Of a DNA stretch of 64,000 bases, positions 45,595 through 56,391 are shown in pieces. The stretch spans positions 158,636-222,635 of the forward strand of contig CAYGLK010000001.1 in assembly GCA_964350985.1 (NCBI GenBank), written 5' to 3'. A program made the translations under genes and the position numbers. The first letter of the stretch is position 1, and each line of letters opens with the position of its first letter. The notes below the pieces were generated by a model that did not search any database, was not told where the DNA came from, and saw only the letters and a list, made by a program, of their open reading frames with translations. This DNA is from an uncultured Candidatus Saccharibacteria bacterium. Lineage in GTDB: Bacteria > Patescibacteriota > Minisyncoccia > Phycocordibacterales > UBA918.

Positions 45595-46884
45595 ATGAAA
45601 AATCTTTTTAAGAAAATTGTTGTTTCTATCCTAAATTTTGAAGCTAAGATTTTATTGGCTCGACATAAGCCGAAGATTATCGCTATTACCGGAAGTGTCG
45701 GCAAAACTTCCATGAAAGATGCTATCTACAGTATCTTAAAAAAGCATTACCCAACTCGTAAGAGTGAAAAAAGTTTCAACTCTGATATTGGAGTCCCTTT
45801 AACTATTCTTGGTCTACCAAATGCGTGGAGTAATCCTCTCTTATGGATTAAGAATATTATTGATGGTTTTTTTACCGCTTTCTTTAGTCGTGAATATCCA
45901 ACTCACTTAATTCTAGAAACCGGTGTTGATCGCCCGGGGGACATGCAAAAGTTAGCTAAGTGGATTAAGCCAGAAATAGTGGTCTTGACTCGTTTTCCAG
46001 ACGTTCCAGTGCATGTTGAATTTTTTAGTACTCCAGAGGCTGTTGTTGAAGAAAAGATGGCTCTTGTTGGAGCTCTAAAACCAGACGGTGTTGTGGTCTA
46101 TAACAGCGACGATCAGATCATTCTTTCACAGTTACCAAACATAAGACAACAAGCAATAGGATATGGTCGTTACCTTAATTCTCATTTTAAAGCGACATCA
46201 GATAAGATTGTTTACCGTGACGATGTACCAACAGGAGTTGAGTTTTTAATAGAGCACATTGAAGAACAAGTACCCGTTAGAGTCCTTGGTGCTATCGGTG
46301 AACCGGTAGTTTATACCTGTGCTGGAGCAATAGCCGTAACAGTGCAGTGTGGTATCTCGCTTACAGATGCAGCAGAAGCTTTAAAAACACATGAACCCCC
46401 ACGTGGCCGGCTTCGAATCATAAGTGGCTTAAAAGGGAGTGTTATAATCGACGATACATACAACTCTTCACCAATTGCAGTAGCAAATGCGCTTTCAACC
46501 TTAGGTGAGATGAAATACGCCAAAAGAAAGATTGCTGTTTTAGGAGACATGTTAGAGCTGGGTCGGTTTTCTGCACGTGAGCATGAAAAGGCTGGAGAAT
46601 TAGCAGCTAAGAGTGTTGATGTGCTTTTTACTCTTGGCATCCGAGCCAGAAAAATTGCTGAAGCGGCTTTAGCTCACGGTATGGATGAAGCTAAAATTTT
46701 TCAGTATGAAGATGTAATGAAGGCCGGGAAAGAACTTCAAGTTTTTCTCAAGGCTGGAGATGTGGTTTTAGTAAAAGGCTCGCAAAGTATTAGAGCAGAG
46801 AAAGTAATCGAAGAGGTGATGGCTGAACCAGAACTGGCTTCTAGTCTACTGGTACGACAAGACAGAGCTTGGCAAAAACGTTAG
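45595..46884 (+). CDS. murF: UDP-N-acetylmuramoyl-tripeptide--D-Ala-D-Ala ligase
   Basis: ITGSVGKTS, DDTYNSSP, GDMLELG, VKGS. Confidence 0.92.
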   Translation: MKNLFKKIVVSILNFEAKILLARHKPKIIAITGSVGKTSMKDAIYSILKKHYPTRKSEKSFNSDIGVPLTILGLPNAWSNPLLWIKNIIDGFFTAFFSREYPTHLILETGVDRPGDMQKLAKWIKPEIVVLTRFPDVPVHVEFFSTPEAVVEEKMALVGALKPDGVVVYNSDDQIILSQLPNIRQQAIGYGRYLNSHFKATSDKIVYRDDVPTGVEFLIEHIEEQVPVRVLGAIGEPVVYTCAGAIAVTVQCGISLTDAAEALKTHEPPRGRLRIISGLKGSVIIDDTYNSSPIAVANALSTLGEMKYAKRKIAVLGDMLELGRFSAREHEKAGELAAKSVDVLFTLGIRARKIAEAALAHGMDEAKIFQYEDVMKAGKELQVFLKAGDVVLVKGSQSIRAEKVIEEVMAEPELASSLLVRQDRAWQKR

Positions 46885-46954
46885 TCATATTTAAAAAAGC
46901 TCTGCTGAAAAAATAAATTTTGACAGCAGAGCTTTTCAGATTTATAATGCTGTC

Positions 46955-47554
46955 ATGGTGAATAAAAGCAATAAAGATACACATCAGGACGACGTAAATA
47001 TCACCACGGAAGACATTGAAATTACCGAACCTGATCTTGAAGAGGTTGAGGCAAAACAAGATTCATTTAACAATACCTTAAGAGACAAGCTTAAAGCTTG
47101 CGAAGCTGAAAAGCGGGAAATTTTAGAAGAAACCCAAAGAGCTAAAGCTGACTTTCTCAACGCTAGACGCAGACTGGAAGAAGAAAAGAAGCGAGAACGT
47201 GAAAAGACAACTGTAAAACATATCGAGGATCTTATACCTCTGTGTGACAGCTTTCATGTCGCTATGTCAAACAAAGAAGTTTGGGAGAAGGCTGACGAAA
47301 ACTGGCGTAAAGGAATCGAAGGAATTAATTCTCAGTTACAGAAAATTCTTTCAAACAATAAAGTTTTAGCTATTGATCCGATCGGAGAAAAATTTGATCC
47401 GCATCAACATGAAGCTCTATCTACAGTTAAAGCCAGCGAGGCAGAGAACGATAAGGTAATGACAGTAATTCAGATGGGTTACGTATTAAAGAGAGATGAC
47501 AACACCACAGAACTGATCAGGCCAGCACGAGTCATAATCGGAAGTCACGAATAA
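46955..47554 (+). CDS. grpE: Nucleotide exchange factor GrpE
   Basis: RAKADFLN, FDPHQHEA, GY...IRPARV. Confidence 0.95.
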   Translation: MVNKSNKDTHQDDVNITTEDIEITEPDLEEVEAKQDSFNNTLRDKLKACEAEKREILEETQRAKADFLNARRRLEEEKKREREKTTVKHIEDLIPLCDSFHVAMSNKEVWEKADENWRKGIEGINSQLQKILSNNKVLAIDPIGEKFDPHQHEALSTVKASEAENDKVMTVIQMGYVLKRDDNTTELIRPARVIIGSHE

Positions 47555-47594
47555 AATTAGTATTGAAAACTTAAACATTGAATAAAAAATTATT

Positions 47595-49496
47595 ATGGCA
47601 AAAATTTTAGGAATTGACCTTGGAACAACAAACTCAGCAATCGCAATCATTGAAGCTGGGGAACCGACAATTATTGAAAACGCAGAAGGGAATCGAACTA
47701 CACCATCTATTGTAGCGATTTCTAAAACCAACGAGCGCCTAGCGGGACAAATCGCTAAGAGACAAGCTGTCACAAACCCAACCAACACTATCTACGGTAT
47801 CAAGCGCTTCATGGGACATACTTATGAAGAAGAAGCAGTCCAGAAAGATAAAGCGATTGTGCCTTATGAAGTAAAGAGAGGAGCTGATGGCGGGGCAGTG
47901 GTAGTTATGGGTGGAAAGGAATATCGTCCAGAAGAAGTTTCAGCGATGATCCTGTCTAAGCTTAAGGCAGATGCGGAAGCAAAGCTTGGTGAAAAAATCA
48001 CTGAAGCGGTTATTACTGTACCAGCGTACTTTAACGATACACAACGAAAGGCTACTCAAGACGCTGGTAAGATCGCTGGACTAACAGTTCGACGAATCAT
48101 CAATGAACCAACAGCAGCTGCGCTAGCTTACGGCTTTAATAAAAAGAAAGACGAAAAGATAGTAGTTTACGACTTTGGAGGTGGAACTTTTGATGTCTCA
48201 GTCCTTGAAGTAGGTGACGATGTTATCGAAGTACAGTCTACTGACGGAGACGCTCACATGGGAGGGCGTGACATTGACCAAGAAATCGTTCGCTTTTTGA
48301 TTGCAGAATTTAAAAAGAGTAGTGGTGTTGATCTAAGTAAAGACAAGCTAGCGCTACAACGTCTAGACGAAGCAGCTGAAAAAGCGAAGCATGATCTTTC
48401 TTCAACTCCAGAATCAGATATCAATATTCCATTTATCTCACAAGGAGCTGATGGCCCACTACACATGGATGTTAAACTTTCTCGCGCAAAGCTTGAAGAA
48501 ATTTCACATGAATACATTGATCGTTCTATCGAGATCACTAAAAGAGCTCTGGAAGCTTCTGGTATTAAAAAAGAAGATGTAGACGAGATTATTCTAGTCG
48601 GAGGTCAGACACGAATGCCAGCTATTCAGAAGGCTGTTAAAGATCTCTTTGGTAAGGAGCCAAACAAGAGTGTAAACCCTGACGAAGTAGTGGCTTTAGG
48701 AGCAGCTATTCAAGCTGGTATTTTCCAGGGAGATGTTCAAGATATTACTCTTGTAGATGTTATTCCACTTTCTCTTGGTATCGAAACTATGGGAGGAGTA
48801 AATACTAAGTTGATTGAAAAGAATACTCACATCCCAACAAAGAAGCAGCAAGTCTTTTCAACTGCTGCTGACAACCAAACTTCAACTGAAATTCACATCG
48901 TTCAAGGTGAGCGACCAATGTCAGTAGACAACAAGTCACTGGGTAAGTTTGTTCTAGATGGCATCCCACCAGCACCACGGGGCGTACCACAAGTAGAAGT
49001 TACTTTTGACGTTGATAGTAACGGAGTCTTAAATGTAACTGCTAAAGATAAATCGACTGGAAAAGAACAATCTATCCGTATTGAAGCAAGTTCAGGTTTA
49101 ACAGAAGAAGAGATTGAGCGAATGAAAAAAGAAGCTGAAGAACATGCTTCAGATGACGAAGCTAAGAAAGCTTTAATTGATTCTCGAAACATGGCTGAAC
49201 AATTAATCTACACTGCTGAAAAATCTCTAAAGGATCATGGAGAAAAAGTACCAGCTGAAACAAAAACTGAGATTGAAGGAAAGGTTTCAGCTCTGAAAGA
49301 AGCACGAGAGAAAGATGATAAGGCTGTTATCGACACTAAGACAGAAGAGCTTTCAGCTGCACTACAAAAAATCGGTGAGATTATGCAAAAAGAAGCTGAG
49401 GCAGCTAGTAAAGAAGCCGCTCCAGATCAGGCAACAGCTACTGACGCAGAAGTAAAAGAAGAAGAGAAGCCAAAAGACGCTGACGAGACAAAATAG
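47595..49496 (+). CDS. dnaK: Chaperone DnaK
   Basis: [25 protein letters not shown]. Confidence 0.98.
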   Translation: MAKILGIDLGTTNSAIAIIEAGEPTIIENAEGNRTTPSIVAISKTNERLAGQIAKRQAVTNPTNTIYGIKRFMGHTYEEEAVQKDKAIVPYEVKRGADGGAVVVMGGKEYRPEEVSAMILSKLKADAEAKLGEKITEAVITVPAYFNDTQRKATQDAGKIAGLTVRRIINEPTAAALAYGFNKKKDEKIVVYDFGGGTFDVSVLEVGDDVIEVQSTDGDAHMGGRDIDQEIVRFLIAEFKKSSGVDLSKDKLALQRLDEAAEKAKHDLSSTPESDINIPFISQGADGPLHMDVKLSRAKLEEISHEYIDRSIEITKRALEASGIKKEDVDEIILVGGQTRMPAIQKAVKDLFGKEPNKSVNPDEVVALGAAIQAGIFQGDVQDITLVDVIPLSLGIETMGGVNTKLIEKNTHIPTKKQQVFSTAADNQTSTEIHIVQGERPMSVDNKSLGKFVLDGIPPAPRGVPQVEVTFDVDSNGVLNVTAKDKSTGKEQSIRIEASSGLTEEEIERMKKEAEEHASDDEAKKALIDSRNMAEQLIYTAEKSLKDHGEKVPAETKTEIEGKVSALKEAREKDDKAVIDTKTEELSAALQKIGEIMQKEAEAASKEAAPDQATATDAEVKEEEKPKDADETK

Positions 49497-49566
49497 GAAG
49501 CTGTTTTGCAGACACTGGCTATCTGTGCCATAATCGCCCGTATATTAAGATCTAAGCCACTGTACT

Positions 49567-50646
49567 ATGAATGACTACTACAAAGTTCTTGGACTACAAA
49601 AAGGAGCTTCAAAAGATGAAGTAAAGAAGGCTTTTCGTAAGCTGGCTGCTCAGTATCACCCAGATAAAAAGACTGGTGACGAAGCTAAATACAAAGAGAT
49701 AACAGAAGCTTATTCTGTCCTAGGTGACGATAAGAGAAAGGCTGAATACGATAGCTACGGACATGCTTTCAATGGGCAAGGAGGAGGTGGGGCAGCTGGA
49801 GGCTTCGGTGGCTTCAACTGGTCAGACTTTGCTCAGCAAGGTGGTTTTGGTAACGGACAAGGTTTTGAGTTTGATATCAATGATATCTTTCAGAATTTTG
49901 GTTTTGGAGGAGGACAGGCCAAGCAAGCACGTGGACGCGATATTTCAATTGAGATTAATCTAAACTTTAAAGAAGCTGTCTTTGGTGTAGCTCGAAAAGT
50001 TTTGATTACTAAGAATTCACTTTGTGATACTTGTAAAGGAACAGGAGGGAAACCTGAGAGTGGCACCACTGACTGTACTACTTGTAGTGGTAACGGAAAG
50101 ATCCGCGAGACTAGACAAAGTGTCATGGGAAGCTTTACAACTGTACGTGAATGTAATGTTTGTCACGGAAAAGGAAAAATACCAAAAGAGCGTTGTGCCA
50201 AATGTGCTGGAGCAGGTATTCTCCGAGCTCAAGAGGAAATTGAAGTTAAGGTTCCTGCTGGAATTGAAAATGGGGAAGTGATCCGTATGACAGGACGCGG
50301 AGAAGCGATGCCTAACGGACAGCCCGGAGATCTATATATTAAGATTCATGTAGAGGGACACCAGACAATCAAACGAGACGGTACGACTTTATTCACTACA
50401 CTACCAGTAAAGCTTACAGATGCGATGTTGGGCGGAGATTATTCAGTTGAAACTTTAGATGGACCAGTTCAGATTAAAGTACCAGCCGGGATCACTCACG
50501 GAGAATTACTCCGCATTCGAGAGAAAGGAGTACCGACAGAAAGAGGTCGTGGTGACTTTATGGTCAAAATCAATATTGAGATCCCAAAAAAGTTATCCAG
50601 AAAAGCAGAGAAATTAGTCGAAGAATTGAGGGAAGAGGGAATATAA
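49567..50646 (+). CDS. dnaJ: Chaperone DnaJ
   Basis: HPD J-domain, G/F region, four CxxCxGxG. Confidence 0.97.
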   Translation: MNDYYKVLGLQKGASKDEVKKAFRKLAAQYHPDKKTGDEAKYKEITEAYSVLGDDKRKAEYDSYGHAFNGQGGGGAAGGFGGFNWSDFAQQGGFGNGQGFEFDINDIFQNFGFGGGQAKQARGRDISIEINLNFKEAVFGVARKVLITKNSLCDTCKGTGGKPESGTTDCTTCSGNGKIRETRQSVMGSFTTVRECNVCHGKGKIPKERCAKCAGAGILRAQEEIEVKVPAGIENGEVIRMTGRGEAMPNGQPGDLYIKIHVEGHQTIKRDGTTLFTTLPVKLTDAMLGGDYSVETLDGPVQIKVPAGITHGELLRIREKGVPTERGRGDFMVKINIEIPKKLSRKAEKLVEELREEGI

Positions 50647-50648
50647 TA

Positions 50649-50676
50649 GAAGGGCGGGCACAAGTGCCCGCCCTTC
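50649..50676. terminator. GC-rich hairpin after dnaJ
   Basis: gaagggcgggcac/gtgcccgcccttc; weak U-tract. Confidence 0.55.
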
Positions 50677-50686
50677 CTCGTATATC

Positions 50687-51172
50687 ATGGACACAGCTAC
50701 TATTCTTACATTTCTATCTGAGTCAGCTTACTTACTTATAGTTCTCGGAGTCTTCATGTTCTTGGCTTTACTGAAAGGGAGACAAGCCTTGATCAATATT
50801 ATTTGCGGTCTATACCTAGCGCTTTTGATTACAATCCAATTTCCATACTACGATGTCTTGCTTGGTAACATTTCCCAAACTTCAGTCTTGGCAGCAGTGA
50901 AGTTAATCTTTTTTGGTATCATCGCTTTCCTCAGTACTCTTCTATTCAAACGAATCATGCCCGACGAGTATCGTGAAGGGAAGTTTGAAAGTTTTGGTAA
51001 AAAGCTAATGCTCTCTACGGGAGCGACTATTTTAGTGATGATCTTTAGCTTTAATGTTCTACCAGTAACTGAGTTCCTAACTCCCGGCACCCCAATTCAG
51101 AACCTCTTTGCAGCTGAGCAATTCTACTTCTGGTGGCTGATGGTCCCGCTGGTGTTTTTGTATATAAATTAA
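50687..51172 (+). CDS. Hypothetical multi-pass membrane protein
   Basis: 161 aa with about 5 hydrophobic segments. Confidence 0.8.
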   Translation: MDTATILTFLSESAYLLIVLGVFMFLALLKGRQALINIICGLYLALLITIQFPYYDVLLGNISQTSVLAAVKLIFFGIIAFLSTLLFKRIMPDEYREGKFESFGKKLMLSTGATILVMIFSFNVLPVTEFLTPGTPIQNLFAAEQFYFWWLMVPLVFLYIN

Positions 51173-51307
51173 GATATACAGTTTTTTAGTTATAGTATTT
51201 AACATATTAAAATTTAAACTTGAATTATGTTAATATCACCTAGTGTTAATCAAAACTCCACAGATGTTACTAAAGGTAATGTAAAATAGGAGCAATATCT
51301 TATTCAT

Positions 51308-52123
51308 ATGAAATTTTCTGATCAATACAGCAACATAAGTGATGAGATTCTAATGATCCGAAAGAAAATTTTTACTCCATTAGATCAAGCTGTGGAGCAG
51401 ATCGCCATAAACCGAAGTCAGAGTAAAGTCTTGGAGAGTGTAAAAGACTTTTTAGATAATGACATACCGATCCATTTTGACAACGATGAGTTTGTTTTTT
51501 ATCTATCAAGGTTTATAGCGACGCCAAATTTGGAGCTTCTTAAAACACTTTCATTAATAAATTCTTACCCCAACAAGCTTGTGATAGGTGAAGATTTAGA
51601 CAGCATCTTTGTTAGTAATAATAAATTAAAAAAAGCTTTAGGTAAATTATCAGTGATCGCTAAGTCTACGAATAGAAAAGATGATATTTTAGAAAATTTC
51701 ACAATACTAGATTTCCATAATTCGAATGGGAAAAAGATCTCAACTTTAAAGAATAATCATGGTGAAAACTTAGTTAATTTTCACCATGATTTGTTTAAAC
51801 AAATTAATTTTAAGAATGAAATACGTATTTGTGACGAATCGAAATGGATCGACAGGAATTTTAGAGATGATATCTCAAAACAGTATGAACGTATGTTAGC
51901 CTTGCTATGTTACCACGGTATTATGTTTGAATCATATCCTACAGAAGAACACAATTTTCTAAAAACAATCGTTTATCCCGCCTTTATGAAAGTTTATGAA
52001 AAAACAGGAGTCAAACCTTTGATCGTAGAGCATATATCTGATGAAGAGGAATTAGATACAAATTGGAATGCTTATCCTATTGAATTGTATGAGACGATAA
52101 AAATTAAATCATTATTACTATGA
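51308..52123 (+). CDS. Hypothetical cytoplasmic protein (AT-rich, enzyme-like)
   Basis: 271 aa; motifs RFIATPN, FHH, HGIMFESY, KPLIV; overlaps the next gene. Confidence 0.75.
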   Translation: MKFSDQYSNISDEILMIRKKIFTPLDQAVEQIAINRSQSKVLESVKDFLDNDIPIHFDNDEFVFYLSRFIATPNLELLKTLSLINSYPNKLVIGEDLDSIFVSNNKLKKALGKLSVIAKSTNRKDDILENFTILDFHNSNGKKISTLKNNHGENLVNFHHDLFKQINFKNEIRICDESKWIDRNFRDDISKQYERMLALLCYHGIMFESYPTEEHNFLKTIVYPAFMKVYEKTGVKPLIVEHISDEEELDTNWNAYPIELYETIKIKSLLL

Positions 52124-53037
52124 GTTGGTTTCTGATAGCCCTGTTAGCTCCATTTTTATACTCAATTACTAACCATATTGATAAAGTTTTGCTTGAAAAG
52201 CATTTCAAGGAAGGTGGTGTTGGTACATTAATTCTATTTTCCTCACTCCTAACAGCAGTTGCTTTACCTGTCTTATATTTCATAGACCCCGCAGTTATAG
52301 ATGTCGGATTAATTAATGGACTTATATTGTTATTTGTCGGCTTTTTAAATATTTTAGTTCTATGGCTTTATTTAATTGCCTTAAAGGACGAAGAAGCCTC
52401 AATTATTGTTGTGTTTTACCAATTAGTTCCTGTAATCGCTCTTATTCTCGGTTATTTTATTTTAGGAGAAACTCTTACTGTAAGTGAACTTTTTGCAATG
52501 GCAGTTATTATTTTCGGAACGACGTTAGTGTCGTTTGAAATTGATGACGACAATAATTTTAAGTTACGCAAGCAAACAATCTACCTGATGACAGCGGCAT
52601 CATTTTTTTGGGCCGCCGAATCAGTTATTTTTAAGATGGTAGCACTTGAGGAAAATCTTTGGCGTTCCTTATTTTGGGAGCATGTTGCGATGACTGTAAT
52701 TGGTATCATTATATTTATTGCAGCCGCAAAATATCGAGAACATTTTATGCGAGCAATTAAACATAACTCACAAGCGGTTTTGTCATTAAATTTTGCAAAT
52801 GAGGGCATCTACATGATAGGGAATTGGATCAGCTCTTATGCGTACTTCTTGGCACCGATCGCCTTAATTCTTTTGACAGAATCTTTTCAACCAATATTTG
52901 TATTCATGATCGGTATTTTTATGACTGTTTTCTTTCCAAAAATTACTTCTGAAAAAATTATACTTAGGGACATCATCCAAAAGTTAGTAGCAATCTTAAT
53001 AACAGGAATTGGTACCTACTTACTTCTAGGATTCTAG
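52120..53037 (+). CDS. DMT/EamA-family transporter
   Basis: About 10 TM; NHIDK, LGETL and QPIFV patterns. Confidence 0.85.
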   Translation: MSWFLIALLAPFLYSITNHIDKVLLEKHFKEGGVGTLILFSSLLTAVALPVLYFIDPAVIDVGLINGLILLFVGFLNILVLWLYLIALKDEEASIIVVFYQLVPVIALILGYFILGETLTVSELFAMAVIIFGTTLVSFEIDDDNNFKLRKQTIYLMTAASFFWAAESVIFKMVALEENLWRSLFWEHVAMTVIGIIIFIAAAKYREHFMRAIKHNSQAVLSLNFANEGIYMIGNWISSYAYFLAPIALILLTESFQPIFVFMIGIFMTVFFPKITSEKIILRDIIQKLVAILITGIGTYLLLGF

Positions 53038-53091
53038 TTTATTCACCTAAAGACACATTCCCTCCATCCCCTAGTGTTATAATTTAGCTAA

Positions 53092-53487
53092 ATGAAAAAA
53101 GATCCATCACTATTTAGCAGACACTTTTTAACTATCGTACTCGTTCCTTTTTTGATACTAGCTGTAGTGACTAGTTTTTATCGTTTTATGATCTTAGGTG
53201 ATTATGAAGTCACATATGAAGTTGAGTGCGATCCCTATGGTCAGAGTTGTTATGTTTGGTGTGAAGATGATGTGTGTGAAGAGCCTTTTTATTATAGTTA
53301 TGTATCCAGGTCAGCGAATGATGTTGAACAACTTTGTGGAGAAGATATAACTGATTGTGAGTTGGCGTCCGTGTGTACATCTACCGAATCGTCATGTCTT
53401 ATTACATATTGTGATGATGAGGAGTGTGACACACTGTCCCCCGAAGATGAGTCATTAGAAGAATTTAGTAGCGAAAATAATATCTAA
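53092..53487 (+). CDS. Cys-rich acidic membrane-anchored small protein
   Basis: One TM followed by 10 Cys (CDPYGQSC...). Confidence 0.75.
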   Translation: MKKDPSLFSRHFLTIVLVPFLILAVVTSFYRFMILGDYEVTYEVECDPYGQSCYVWCEDDVCEEPFYYSYVSRSANDVEQLCGEDITDCELASVCTSTESSCLITYCDDEECDTLSPEDESLEEFSSENNI

Positions 53488-53488
53488 T

Positions 53489-55168
53489 ATGATTTGTCAT
53501 TACTACGAAGCTCCAACCTATCTTTTCTTTGCGGCGGACTTGCCAGCTCTTTTGTATTACTCACATATTCCAACCGCAATCCTAGCCTTACTGATAGGCA
53601 TGGTTTTACTAGTAAACAACCCCGGTAGACTAGTAAACAGACTCCTTTTCTCAGTTACTGCATTATTCGGAGTGTGGACTATCCTGAACTTAATTACTTG
53701 GACAGCCATTAATAGCGGCATGATCCTTTTCTCATGGTCAATGATGGCAGTCGTAGATTCGTTAATTGCAATTTTTTCAATTTATTTTGTATATGTTTTT
53801 ACGCACGAAAAGGATGCCCCTCTGCGACTAAAGGCCGCGTTAGTTGCGTTAGTTCTGCCGGTAATTTTATTTGTTCATACAAATTTAAATTTAAGTGGCT
53901 TTAATATCTCTGATTGTGACGCTTTTGGTTATGAGGGTTTTTGGTATGATATTTATTACACCTCGCTCAGCGCTGTAGCTATAATATGGTCACTGTACTT
54001 TTTTATTAAAAGATATAAACAGGCCGACAGACAATTTAGAAAACAAATTATAATGATGGCTGTTGGAATCAATTTTTTCCTGCTTACCTTTTTCTCAGTT
54101 GTTTGGTTAGCAGGGTATCTAACCACTATCGGAGTTTTTGAGGATTCAGATCTTGAATTGTACGGAATGTTTGGAATGTCAGTTTTTATGGTCTTAATTG
54201 GAGTGTTGGTGGTAAAATTTAAGACCTTTAGAGTAGGTATATTAGCTTCACAAGCATTGGTTGTCTTACTCTTGATATTGTTAGGAGCCCAATTTACCTA
54301 CCTTGATCTTAGCTTGACCTCAAGTATTCTCAATGGTGTTGCACTCATAATCACTGCAGTGATTGGGTTCTTGTTGGTTAAGAGTGTAAAGAAAGAAGTT
54401 CAACAGCGTAAAAATTTACAGAATCTAACAGAAGAATTAGCATTTGCTAATGAAAAACTGATGAAAATAGATAAACTTAAATCAGAGTTCGTTTCAATAG
54501 CTTCTCACCAATTACGTAGCCCTCTTACAACAATCAGAGGTTACGCCTCACTATTGGTAGAAGAAAGTTTTGGTAAGTTGCCTGAAAAAGCTTTAGAATC
54601 AGTTAACCGAATTGCTGAATCAGCAAGGCTTATGACCCTGTCTATTGAGGATTTCTTGAACGTTTCTCGAATTGAGTCAGGAAATATGAAGTACAATTTA
54701 AGCGAATTTAACGTTCGAGATAAAGCAGAAGAGGTTTGTGATGATTTACGTCCAGTTGCCTTGAAGAAAAGTTTAATATTACTATTCAAAAATGACCTTA
54801 AGGGTAGAGGTCTGGTAAATGCAGACGTTGGTAAAACTGTACAAATTATTCATAATCTTATAAATAATTCAATAAAATATACGGAAAAAGGGACTATCAC
54901 TGTATTTGTCCACGACGAAGAAAAGAATAAAAAAATCTTTATTGAAATTATTGATACTGGTATTGGAATGAGTCAAAAGACCATTAGTTCCTTGTTTGGT
55001 AAATTTTCAAGAGCAGATAATGCTAATTCTGTTAATGTATCTGGTACAGGCTTAGGTCTTTTCGTTGCAAGGAGAATGGCAGAAGCCATGGGGGGTGATA
55101 TTACTGCATACTCTGAAGGAGACGGAAAAGGCTCTCGCTTTGTCCTGACAATGCCTTACGTGATGTAA
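53489..55168 (+). CDS. Sensor histidine kinase with multi-TM (7TM-like) N-terminus
   Basis: SHQLRSPLT H-box, NLINNSIKYT, DTGIG, GTGLGL, GKGS. Confidence 0.93.
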   Translation: MICHYYEAPTYLFFAADLPALLYYSHIPTAILALLIGMVLLVNNPGRLVNRLLFSVTALFGVWTILNLITWTAINSGMILFSWSMMAVVDSLIAIFSIYFVYVFTHEKDAPLRLKAALVALVLPVILFVHTNLNLSGFNISDCDAFGYEGFWYDIYYTSLSAVAIIWSLYFFIKRYKQADRQFRKQIIMMAVGINFFLLTFFSVVWLAGYLTTIGVFEDSDLELYGMFGMSVFMVLIGVLVVKFKTFRVGILASQALVVLLLILLGAQFTYLDLSLTSSILNGVALIITAVIGFLLVKSVKKEVQQRKNLQNLTEELAFANEKLMKIDKLKSEFVSIASHQLRSPLTTIRGYASLLVEESFGKLPEKALESVNRIAESARLMTLSIEDFLNVSRIESGNMKYNLSEFNVRDKAEEVCDDLRPVALKKSLILLFKNDLKGRGLVNADVGKTVQIIHNLINNSIKYTEKGTITVFVHDEEKNKKIFIEIIDTGIGMSQKTISSLFGKFSRADNANSVNVSGTGLGLFVARRMAEAMGGDITAYSEGDGKGSRFVLTMPYVM

Positions 55169-55198
55169 TAAGACGGAAACTTTGCTAAGATACTGGAT

Positions 55199-56161
55199 AT
55201 GGTAAAAAAACGAGTCCTAACAGGATTACAGCCTTCTGGCGTATTGCATATCGGAAACTACTTCGGTTCACTTAAACCTTTGGTTGATTTAGCTGGCGAT
55301 AAGAATAATGAGACCTTCTTAATGGTGGCTGATTATCACGCTTTAACTTCACTTAAGGATGCTGAACTCCTCCGAAAATATATTTACGATATAGTAAAAG
55401 ATTATCTCGCTGCCGGAGTAAATCCTGACGAGGTTGTCCTCTTTAGACAATCTGATAATCCAGACCATATGGAATTAGGTTGGATTTTAAACTGTCTAGT
55501 AACAGTACCTTTTTTGATGCAAGCACACTCATATAAAGATAAGGTGGCTAAGGGCTTAGATGCTAATGCTGGACTCTTTACTTACCCGATGCTCATGGCT
55601 GCAGACATCTTGCTCTACGATACAGATATGGTTCCAGTGGGCGAAGACCAGAGGCAGCATATTGAATACGCACGTGAAGCAGTGACTAAATTTAATAATG
55701 CATTCGGTGAAGTCTTAAAAGAGCCAAAAGAATTGATTGTTCAAGGAGTCGGTGTTGTTCCTGGCACAGACGGACAGAAAATGAGCAAGAGTTACAAAAA
55801 CACTATCCCTCTTTTTGGTACTAAAGATGAAATAGAAAAAGCAGTTATGAGTATTGTGACTGATTCATCTGGAGAGCGTCCTCAGCACGTCTATAACATT
55901 CATAATGTTATTTACCGAGCCTTAGGTAAAAGTCAAAGTGATTTAGTTACTCTATACGAAGACCATAAAGGGAAGTACAAGATTCTTAAATATATCCTAG
56001 TAGAAGATATTGAAACTGTTGTTGGACCAATGCGAGAAAAACGAAATACAATTACTGATGAAGAGGTTAAAGAGTTGCTAGAAAAAGGAGCTAAAAAGGC
56101 TAGAGCAGTCTCTAAGGAAAAGATGGAGACAATTAGAAAAGCTGTTGGTATATCGCTTTAG
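55199..56161 (+). CDS. trpS: Tryptophan--tRNA ligase
   Basis: HIGN, YPMLMAADIL, VPVGEDQ, KMSKS. Confidence 0.96.
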   Translation: MVKKRVLTGLQPSGVLHIGNYFGSLKPLVDLAGDKNNETFLMVADYHALTSLKDAELLRKYIYDIVKDYLAAGVNPDEVVLFRQSDNPDHMELGWILNCLVTVPFLMQAHSYKDKVAKGLDANAGLFTYPMLMAADILLYDTDMVPVGEDQRQHIEYAREAVTKFNNAFGEVLKEPKELIVQGVGVVPGTDGQKMSKSYKNTIPLFGTKDEIEKAVMSIVTDSSGERPQHVYNIHNVIYRALGKSQSDLVTLYEDHKGKYKILKYILVEDIETVVGPMREKRNTITDEEVKELLEKGAKKARAVSKEKMETIRKAVGISL

Positions 56162-56204
56162 TTTCTCCTTGACCAAGTACAGTTCTGTTTATACAATCAA
56201 GTAA

Positions 56205-56353
56205 ACCAAAGAAGCAGCTGACACTGCTGAGGTGAGAGCAGAAAAGCCTGTCGGGCTTAGTAGACCTCTCCGTCTTTTGCACGAAACGCATATCTCAAAG
56301 CGCTCTACCTTATAAGTAGAGAAGTAGGGTGGCACCGCGGTTCTACCGCCCCT
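56205..56353 (+). ncRNA. T-box riboswitch leader of aspS
   Basis: Promoter TTGACC-17-TACAAT (56169-56197); stem I with GAGA/GAA features and candidate specifier GAC at 56263; T-box AAGTAGGGTGGCACCGCG...CGCCCCT. Confidence 0.8.
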
Positions 56354-56391
56354 ATATTACTAACTAGTTAATATACAAACCCTAAAAAGAT

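Noticed and set aside
49505-49531. CIRCE element between dnaK and dnaJ
   Set aside because: TTTGCAGAC-N9-CTGTGCCAT matches only about 11/18 of consensus; better explained as a promoter; no hrcA in the window.
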